Below, one piece after another: positions 37,601-47,858 of a DNA stretch of 64,000 nt; the first letter of the stretch is position 1, and every line of letters starts with the position of its first letter. The notes beneath the pieces were generated by a model that saw nothing but the letters and a program-made list of their open reading frames with translations, ran no database searches and was not told the origin of the DNA. The position numbers were made by a program, and so were the translations under genes. The DNA comes from Takakia lepidozioides (taxonomy: Eukaryota; Plantae; Bryophyta). The stretch lies in assembly GCA_030704615.1 (NCBI GenBank), contig CM060734.1:47926001-47990000 (forward strand), given 5' to 3'.

Positions 37601-40600
37601 GAAGTAAGAAAAGCTCTAGAGGAATGCACAGAAATGCCAACTGCTAGTATACATCTGCTCACCATGGAGGCAGGTGTGGTAGAGTTGGGAGAGGCTGTGT
37701 GGCATTCCTGTGTCACCGCAGCCAATCATCGCAAATCAGTTTTCGTTAAAATTCCACCTAGATTCAGTCCATTGAAAATGTGAGCATGGTTTGATCCATA
37801 CGATACATTTGCAATTTGTATATAATTATTTAAAAAGATGTTGAGTGAGGGGCATAGTGTAAGGTCCTTGAGCTGATGACCAACTGAACCTTCTTGCAGT
37901 CAAAGTTTTGAGGATTGATTTAATTGACACTGTCGACTTGGGGAGAGGTGGTGGGCAGGGATGCTTACATAGTAGTTGGAGGAGGGAACGCAGTCACATT
38001 CGGAAGACTGAAGTTACTGGCAATTGGATCACAAGCACACATTGTATTAGCAACAGTGCTATAAGTGACGAGTTGTTTGTGGAAAGTTGTATTAAGCATA
38101 ACATTTGTGAAACTTATTGGGAAAGTTTAAATAGATCTGAAATGGTACCATCAGGGGACATAAATTGGAGGAGTTGCTTACAGTGGTGGAAGAGGCGGGA
38201 AGGCGGTTGCATTGGGAAAACTGAAGTTCCTGGCAATGGATCATAAGCACACATTGTATTAGCACACAGTGTTATAAGTGAGGATATTTGCTGCAGTACT
38301 GGGGTGAGAGGAAGCAGTGTCACAAACGACCAGCAAAAGAACCAACGGCATGTGACAGCCATGATGGGAGGTGGGATTGGATGCGTACAATTGTGAAAAA
38401 CCCTTGAAACAAATCTGAAATGGTACCATCAGGAGACATAAATTGGAGGAGGTGCTTACAATGGTGGAAGAGGCGGGAAGGCAGTTGCATTTGGAAAACT
38501 GAAGTTCCTGGCAGTTGATCGCAAGCACACATTGTATTAGCACAAAGTGCTATAAGTGACAGGAAATTTGCTGGAGTAATGGGGTGAGAGGAAGCCATGA
38601 TGAGAGGCGGGATTGAATGCTTAAGGTTGTGGAAAACGTGGGAATGTCCATGGTGGAAATGCTATGTTTTTTGGAAAGATGCACAAGCAGATGTATTATT
38701 AGGCAAACAGACCTTGAAACAGATTTGAAATGGTAACATCAGACAGTGAATATTGATGAGTTGCTTGCAAAGGTGGAAGAAACGGGAAGGTTCAGTTGCT
38801 GGAAAATCAGCAGAAGCACATTGTGTATTACAGCGCGCACCAGGCAATGTCTTTCAAACCCCAGCACAAAAGATCAAGAGACAACACTATATTACAGCGA
38901 TTAAATAGAGACTCTTACAGTTGTGGAAGAGGTGGTAGAGCTGGAAATGTCCAATTCCTGGAAATCCATCACAAGTAGTATATCACCAGCACTGTTGGCA
39001 CCATTTTGAAGCCAGAACTGCTGTAGTAATAGTGCACGACAACAGCGATTGTTGCAATTGATCTTAAGAAACAACTATGTGGGCTTTGGACCATAAAGAG
39101 AAGTGGGAATGGGTACTTACAATGGTGGCAAGGGAGGGAAGGTGGTGGCATTTGGGAATGTCCAGTTTCTGGCAAATGACCACAAGTAAACATTATATCA
39201 ATACAAATGTTCCAAGGGTTTTAAAGCAGGTACTCACCAGTACTAGCTTTCTCTTGTCCCATAAGCTTCATTTCAGGTCATTTAATTTGTTTGTTTGTTT
39301 CTCACCCACACACTACGTTAGACATTTCTTGGTTGGTCTGCTTGTCTCAGTCTGTTCTCTTTTCAGGTTCAATGAGTTCAGCAACTTGGTGATTGGAGAA
39401 TGGATAGAGCTGCAGACGCAAGATTCTATCGCCGGACGACCAGGAATGTCTCCTGATAGAACTGCAACAAATAACCTCACAGAAAGCTCAAAGAGCTTAT
39501 GTCACAAAAGAAAGCAGGAAGAGGACAAGCACATAGTGTTTGACATCAAGTAGAGTAAGGACTTAAAACCCCAGCGTCTAAGAGATCACAAGTACAGTCA
39601 TGAAGTAAGAACTGGGAACTAGATTCTTACGGTTGTGGAAGATGTGGCAGAGGTGGAAATGTACAATTCCTGGAAATCCATCACGATCAATGTCACAGGG
39701 ACTACTGTGATGATTTTGAAGCCAGAACTGGTGTAATACTAGTGGATGACAACAGTGCCTGTTGCAATCAACCTAAAGAAGCACTTGTTGGTGCTCTCGG
39801 AACAAAAATAGAAGGGGGGATGGATGCTCAAAATAGTGGAAGGGGAGGGAAGGCGGTGACATTTGGAAATGTCTAGTTTCTGGCCATTGACCACGAGCAA
39901 ACGTTGTATCAACAAAAGTATTGCAAGGGTTTGCAAAGAGTTGCTTGTGTATAATGATTGAGTGCGGTTTTTCCCTTCACAAATAGTATGAAGAGAGACC
40001 ACCTCACGCATCTGACCATGGACGTGCGGTGAAATGAGATGTTTGCAGAGGTGGAATACTTCAAATACAATCTCCAATTGCTGCAAATCGTTGAAAAGAG
40101 AGCAGACTGAGAAAATACAGAAACCAAGAAAGGGGCACTCTGAACCCTAATTGGCAATAACCCAAAAAATGGAGGTGGGACTGGATACTTACGGTTGTGG
40201 AAAAGGTGGGAAGGTCGGGAGATGGGGGAACGTCCAGTTTCTGCCGAGCAATCAGAAATACAATGTCAGTACCAACATTCGTGCCGGTGTGTTGAGTGGG
40301 TCTAAGACTTGTTGCAATCAACTTGAGAACAGTCACTGCATTAACAAACCGCTTACAATTGAACTTGACGTTCGCACAGATATATTGAGAGAAGTGGCAT
40401 ATAATACTTACGGTTGTGGAAAATGTGGCAGAGGTGGAAAGGTCCAGTTCCTGGAAAAAAGGTCACAAGACAACAGCTTGCTACATCAAAGCAGAGGGAA
40501 TCAACCCCACAACTGGGATAATGAGTGGGGGGAATTTCCTCAATGTTGCAATGGACCTGCAAATAAAACAGACGGCTACAACAGAAAATGCAGAACTGGA

Positions 40601-43600
40601 TATCAAATGCTTACAGTGGAGGGAGAGGCGGGAAAGCGGTCGCATTTGGAAATGTCCAGTTGCTGGAAAATAATGACAGCACGCAAATTAGCAGATCAGT
40701 CACAGATTGCAAGGGATATCTTTTAACTGATGTCGTAAGGAAGTGAAAGATTTCGATGATGAATCAACCGGAGGAATTGAACTGATTGATACCAGACTAT
40801 GAAGTGGAAACGGGATGCTTACGGTTGTGGGAGAGGTGGCAGAGGAGGAAACGTCCAGTTCCTGGAAAATGATCACAGTGACGTGTATCAAGAGTGCTCA
40901 TTATCGTAAGGTTATAGAACCAAGGCAGTTGCCAGCCTTGTTGCACAATCAGCCTGTTAAGAACTCAATATTGGATGGTTATGTAAGACAGAGAGTCCTA
41001 GTATATGCTTTTACTGTCGACAGAAGCAGGAACATCGTCCTGGGCAGACGTTCCAGAACAGATTGACGTATATCACTGTCACTCTCTAGAGTAATGGTGT
41101 TGTTGCTGCAGGGTTGTTGCACGTAACAAATTCAGCCTAACTGAGCAATCAATATGGAAACGAGAAATGCGAGTTTACAGAATGCATACAGTGGTGGAAC
41201 AGGCGGAAACATGGTGGCATTTGGAAATGTCCAGTTGCTGAAATGGATGACAAGCACATCTTTTATCAGAAAGGAACATTACAGGTGCAAACCCAGTTCT
41301 AGTGTACTGTACACATGGTTTTCTTTTCAAGAGAATATAATGCTTGCAACAGGTAACAGTCACGGGCCCTCATTCAGGAATTGACCAAACACCAATCAGA
41401 AAGCCTACTGAAGAAGCCTGTACTCAATACTTACGGTTGTGGAAGAGGTGGAAACGTCCAGTTCCTGGAAAAAGGTCACAAGCACAACAGTTTGGACATC
41501 ACATAATTATGTTAAGGGAATCACCCCCACAACTGGGATAGTGAGTAGGAGGAATTTCCTCACAGTTGCAATCGACCTGCATATAAAACAGATGGCTACA
41601 TTAGATAAAGCGGAGCTGGATCAAATGCTTACAGTGGAGGAAGAGGCGGGAAAGCGGTCGCATTTGGAAATGTCCAGTTGCTGGAAAATAATGACAGCAC
41701 GCAAATTAGCAGACCAGTCACAGATTGCAACCTGGGCTATCTTTTAACCAGGCTGTATTGACGTGATAAGGAAGTGAAAGAATTCAACATGATGAATCAA
41801 CCTGAGGAATTGGACAGGCTGATGATCAGACCATGAAGTGGGAATTGGATGCTTACAACGGTGGAAGAGGCGGGAATGCTGTTGCATTTGGAAACGTCCA
41901 GTTTCTGGAGAATGATCACCAACAGTCAAATGTTGTGCATAATTAATTAACAGAAGGATTGCAGTTGATCTTGAAAGTACCCGTCCAGACCTGTATACTG
42001 TGAAGTCGCATAGGATACTTACGGTTGTGGAAAAGGTGGAAACGTCCAGTTCCTGCACACACCAGCACATGAGGTTTAAGTTGTGAAGCCAAACGCAATA
42101 TTGTAACAGATTCCAACTACGGGAACGAAGAACTTGCAAGCACATGTAGCTCCAAGTGTTTGAACCTCAATAGTACTGCCAAAGCCTATGGCATTTGGAA
42201 AGACCCAGAAACTTTCCAGGGACATGATGAATATCACAAGGCTCGGTCGCATTAAAAGGATCACATTGGTGAACATGACATCAGAATTTGATCTTGACAG
42301 TCCCCACAGACAATATAGTACTACGAAGTGCATCGAATTCTTACAGTTGTGGAAGAGGTGGCAGACCTGGAAACGTCCAGTTCCTGCAATTTAAAAAGTT
42401 CACAACCACCAGTCCTGATGAGAATCATTTCCCCATCGTTGCAGTAATGGATTCCAGATGACAAGCTGTAAAATGGTAATGTGCAAGCACATATCGTACT
42501 GGTATAACTGGAAGGTTTTGTCCAGAACACTACTAGTCTCAAGAATGTCATTTCTGAATTCAATCTTGTAGTATATTAGATCGTGAGTTGCTTCGGAGCA
42601 AATGTACATGTACATAGATGGGAATGGGACTGGAGGTGGAAGATCATAAACGACCTTTAAGTACACTTCCTGGAAAATGATTGTACACTTGAGCACATGC
42701 TTTAAGATCTCGAGCTAACCATACGTGCAAGGTTTTCCGATCCCGTTGTACAGTGTCAGTCAGCTGACAGACAAAATGCCTGGTGCAGCATTTATATTTG
42801 TGCTTCTTATGCAGCTTAAACCTCAGGGACAAGAATTGCTTCAATTCACTTACCAGGGGGCCAAAGGAGGCAAACTTGGGAACGTGAAGTTGGGAAATGG
42901 GAAGTTCGGGAACCTGCAGGAAGTCACCAAAACGAGCCAAAAACGTACGTGTACGTAAGATGCAGGCAGTGCGCTGAGGCCTGAAGTTGCAGTGCGAGGG
43001 AAGGTAGAGTTTAAAGACAGTGACTTTTGTATCGATTGCGCTTTATTATTGCAGAACTTTGACATGTTACAAGGAAGTCCTGTTGAACAAACAGAGGCCA
43101 ACTTACGGGAGTAAAGGAATGATTGGTGGCCATGGGCCTCCAGGTAGTAGCCCCGTCATATTGTTCCCTGACAAAATTCTGTGCAGAGCAATCGGACAGA
43201 AAATCAGTTACTTACATACGTTCGATTAGATGCCACAAAAAAACGCATGAGATTTATGATGAAATTGTTACTACTTGGGTTACAGTATATTTTGGCCTGT
43301 GATCTAGAGCTCGGTAGTGGAGGAAGATCAATCGGAGAAGAAGGACAACATTCACGCACTCAGACACACAAGCTGTGAACAATAGAGCACAGTACAGATA
43401 AACCTAATTACAGCCTCGATTACAGCTCTAAAGTGAAAAATTGCATGTCTGAACTCGTAGAGGCTAGACAGGTAAATAAAGCTAAGCACATCATGTTCAC
43501 GACTATATATCTGTACATTTTCTGTGACGTTACAACTGAAGAGCCAAGCTCTAGACTAGCTCGAGGGAGGAGGGACTTCTTACAGGTTGATGAGGTCTGT

Positions 43601-45573
43601 GAGGTCGAAGATGCCTGATGGGAAAATGCCTGCCAGCAATGGGTTGCTGGCAATTACCCTGAAAAAGAATCATAATAGCCCAAACCAGGTTATCCTTCAT
43701 GAACTACAGAGGGCTACGCTGTGATTTTAAGAAAACAATTAGTATTCTGGTGCCCACGACCCAGAAAGACAAGTACTTAGGCCTGCAGCAGTCCACAAGG
43801 GTCTTTTTCCATGCACGTCATTCAGATAGGTCATATGTAATGCACGACTCACAAGGTTCTAAGGTTTCTGAGATCGGCAATGGCTTGTGGAATGCCTGCA
43901 CTGAGGGAAGTTCTGTTGATGACAAGACTTTCCAAGAATCCGAGGCTCCCGATCTCATTCTGTTGGTCAAAGTCACCACATCTCCTCCAATCAGCAACGG
44001 GAGGGCACAGCCTCGGCACAGTTCTCAACACATGTAGATAATGGCAGTCTAAAGCATGTCTGTTTAAATTGTCCGGGTCAGACCTTCCATAAATATTTAA
44101 ACTTTAAACTAGTTCACGATTTCAAATATCTAAGACGCATCTGATGTGTGGTTCTTATTCTTATTGATCTCGAGCCAAACAAAATGTCCTAAATTTGTTA
44201 CAAACTTGTACAGGTCTGTAACTAGTCTCTTCATGATCCTGAAAGGGGACGATCTGCTTAGGAGAGTAGACGTGCGGGACCTTTTCCTTCGGACTGTACT
44301 TGCTTTAGAATTAATGTGTGGTCCAGGTTTGAAAATATGTACACTACTGGGTGACAAGGGTGTTAAGTGCTCACAGGAAGAGGACCTTTGAAATCACTTC
44401 CATGCAGTGTCCTACAAGCGCAAACATGGTAAATTTTTTGTTAAGCTTTCACCTTTGAGCTAATGGAAAGGAGGCATGGAACATTCTTCCCCTTTCAATA
44501 CAGGCCTAGCCTCTTCTCTTCTTGGTTGGAAGAAGAACTCCAAAGGGAGGTGGCACCATGACTTATATTGACACATCTTGCACATGAATCGTGATAAGTA
44601 TAACTGAGACTCGGTGGTTAGTGAGAATTGCACATGTATTCGCAACTGAGAATTGCAAAACTTCGCGTAGACTGGACATCCAGACCTCATCCAGAATATA
44701 TATTACAGTGCTCAGATGATCTATCAGCTCGCCGATCAGACGGGTATCATGTCTGAACAAAGGCAAGTGCTATTATAACAGTACTTAAGACATCTGATTC
44801 TACAATAGCCATCGAGCACATTAATCTGTCATTAAGTATATTAAATAAACTGACGACCTTACTTCGTTGTACATATGTATTCAGGCATGCACCGTGAAAG
44901 CACCCGGAAATAAATATTAGAGTCGATTCTCGAGTGCTATCCATGTACTTTCTAAGACGTCAAGATTGGCCTCGGAACTTGAGCAAACTTACAGGCCGGT
45001 CACAGAGGTGTGCTCTTTGTTGCAAGTCACCCCACGCCAGTGCCCAGAGCATGGTTTTGCGTGATGTCCCCATGATTTCAGGGCATCGGGACAGGCCAAA
45101 GCATTTTTGAATTTTATAAGCGCATGCGCTGTATCAACAGCCAACAGAATATGGAGTAAGTACTAGATCAGGTCAGAACTTACTGACATTCAGATCGAGA
45201 AATCTTAATCTTTCATTTTATATATATATTCTAGACACTAGTCTGACAGTCTGTGCGGAACTCAGCTGGCTTCTTCCTGGAGCCACAAGCAGCTCAATTA
45301 ATGTACACCGGGTTTTCATTATTCTGCAAGTACTCAGTTTTAGGCATATATACATTAAGGATATTGGTAAGAGGGTGCACGCAGATCATGAATACACTAG
45401 GTGCATCATCTTTTCAAGAGCTGGCCTAGTCTCTATCAACAGCTTGAGAAGCGCTTACCTTGATCGATTACAAGCTTGTTGTCGGATGCTGTGGAACAGG
45501 GTAGAAGCAATGCCAACAGCAGGGGTAACAAGATCATCATGACCATCTCTCTTGGTGGTACCTTGGATCGCAT
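34699..45573 (-). CDS. Secreted extracellular LRR protein with a micro-exon-encoded Pro-rich/N-glycosylated island; up to 31 coding exons (590 aa with all modules, 306 aa with none)
   Basis: Exons: 45459-45573 signal peptide (MVMMILLPLLLALLLPCSTA); 44993-45128 LRRNT cap (ALIKFKNAL..LKSWG..PCSGHWRGVTC); LRR exons 44375-44411, 43853-43959, 43584-43658 and 43107-43178; 19 micro-exons between 42913 and 37228; half-LRR 36517-36555; LRR exons 36101-36172, 35813-35884, 35439-35507 and 35089-35148; terminal exon 34699-34765 (FSYAPNCLPTPSVSCKCGTSL*). All are GT-AG, phases match and there are no internal stops. No TM or kinase domain is seen. Confidence 0.88.
37228..42913 (-). repeat. Array of 19 intact symmetric micro-exons plus decayed copies
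   Basis: Intact exons (nt): 42854-42913(60), 42345-42383(39), 42023-42052(30), 41857-41904(48), 41633-41680(48), 41435-41464(30), 41190-41237(48), 40823-40861(39), 40615-40662(48), 40412-40450(39), 40193-40240(48), 39631-39669(39), 39121-39168(48), 38919-38957(39), 38460-38507(48), 38182-38229(48), 37969-38016(48), 37663-37707(45), 37228-37287(60). Each is CAG|...|GT(AAG/ATG/GAG) with length 3n. Confidence 0.92.
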
Positions 45574-47858
45574 TTCTAGATCTGATTTCTGATTTCTGAA
45601 TCCAAGCCATGATGTACATACAATTTGTCCGCTTAAATCACTAAATTCCTCTCCCTTTCCTTTCCTTCAATTATGGATTCATGTTTGTAGCTTATCTCTG
45701 AACAGTTCTGAGCCCTCCCTTCACAATGTTACACTGCTTAAACTGATCCAGCACAGAGCCAGCACAGCTGATCTTTTAGTAGAGTTTTAGTACTTTGATC
45801 AAATCAATGCTTATGCAAATGCAGAAAGATTAATTTCAAGATCCAAATACAAATACATGTCTCCCAGGTGGGTTCAAAACTTCATGTATCAGCTACGTCG
45901 ATCACAAGCTGTTCTTGCAATTATCATGGAAGTTACATGAATGCAAAGGTCACAGATGCTAAGGTTGCAAATTCATGGAATCGAGTCTCCTTCATGTGTT
46001 CATCTGTCAATTATGTTCAAAAACTAAGGCCGCTCATACTATCTGAACATGTGAAATATATATCTTGTTCTTACTTTTAGTTATGTTGATTGGTTTGTGA
46101 ACATAACTTCAAGTGAAGTTTACTTATCAATATTCAATTTTCTATGGTCTACCTTGAAAGAGACCACCTGAAGAACTCTCACGATTATCGACCTACAGTT
46201 ATCCAGTGTTCCAGGAGATATTACAGTAACTGATGGAACGACAGACAGAAGACGTGCGGGTTACCGCTGTGTGGACTTAGTACTACGTACAGGAGAGATC
46301 GCCCGGGGAAAGATCCACGTACCCTGCAAGACAGTGCTCAAAGAGACAGAAAATCCGCCTTAAGTGAGCACTACCACACAGTTGAAGATCAGAGGTGGGT
46401 GCCTTCTCTAAGATGGGTCTCGCCCGATTTTGACGCGAAGAGCTGCTCAAGACTCGGCAGAAGACTATCTATCACTACAGACTCTAACTTACAGAGAAAA
46501 ACGAAAAAGATGGAGCTTTCAAAAAGACCCTCATGTCATCGAAACTGAGGGTGAGAGAGGGAGAAAGGGATCTCGAAGTGGAAGAGCAAGTGAGGAGTGA
46601 CACGAGAATGCAAAGAGAGTCTGAAGGCGCGGTGGTTACTCGGGACAAGAACATCCGCTTGCTGTTCCAACGGTTTACAAAATATACGCCAGATTTCGTA
46701 CATACGGTCATAAAATACCTATGCATGTATATGCCCAACTTCAACTGCAGTCTATATCCATCTATTGTATCTTGTCAGTAACGGTTAGGGCATATCACCA
46801 GTTTATTCAGTGGTTGTGGGTTCAAAACCACATGTGTGTGTTGGATGTCATGAAGGTCCACCTTCCCTCTTGCTTCAGCAAGAGTCCACATTTCCTTTTC
46901 CCAAATAGAGAAAGGAAGAGTGGAGAGTGAGTGTTCACGAGTTTATATATACATATACGTATACATTGTATCGAGAATCAAAAGTTGAGTTTCTAGAGTG
47001 CTGACTTTAGCTGGAAGGACGACCAGGTTTACAAGTGCCCAGTTTCGTTACCGACTCTTCAAACTTTACAGGTACGTTTTCTCAGTCTGCGTAAGTCATA
47101 TTTCTCAGTCATATTTCTCAGTCTGGAACATGGTCAACATATAAGTGACCACGCAGCTGCAGCCACGCTGCTCACTTGCGTTGTAACTGCAGGGATTAGT
47201 ACAGAACTTTGAATTGTGTACATGGCTATCTGCACTCACTGGATGCTCATGATGATGAATCAGTAATATATATATGTGTACTATTGTATAGAGTCCACCC
47301 CGACAAGGGGCCAGTGCTCTTAGTTAAGCCCGCAGTCCTCTGATCTCTCTAGATCTACTAGGTAGTACTGAGAACTACACTCTCAGACTACACTCGATCT
47401 AGAATATCTAGATGATCGGCGGCTACTGGATAACTTGAACGAGATATTCAATTGATTCAGGTGTCTACTCTTTGGCCAGTCCAGAATCGAGTACCTAGAC
47501 AATGTATAGATCTCCAATTATGGTCTAAATTACGGTGGAAGAGATACATGTCCAGATGCAGGTTTTCTTATTGAAGGTGGCATATGATCCATACTGCGTG
47601 CCAGAGAAAAGTATATATAAAATCTTGGGGAGGCAGGGTCCACCCGTAGTGCTCACGCGCAACGTACTTCACCCTGACTTCGGCCTCGAGTCTTTTTTTT
47701 GTCTCATTTGGAAGGCACGTTCAGAGGGAAATTGGCTATGTCAAGACTGGTCTTCAGAGACAAGTAACGCTGGCCAATCTCAAGAACTTGGTGAGTTCGT
47801 CCGAATGTATAGTTTAAATCGTTTACGTTGCACCATCATCCTGGCCAAGAACAATTCA

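Noticed and set aside
37960-42400. Repeat-spacer pattern superficially like a CRISPR array
   Set aside because: The repeats are bounded by splice sites and vary synonymously, the spacers are 120-520 nt and mutually homologous, the context is eukaryotic, and there are no cas genes.
37908-42958. ORF-track calls across the array (e.g. 40151-40726 +, 39077-39553 +) and the ELDIS/ELDVS LRR-like reading frame
   Set aside because: These are antisense or off-frame shadows. Flanking exon phase and third-position variation support only the NWTFP frame.
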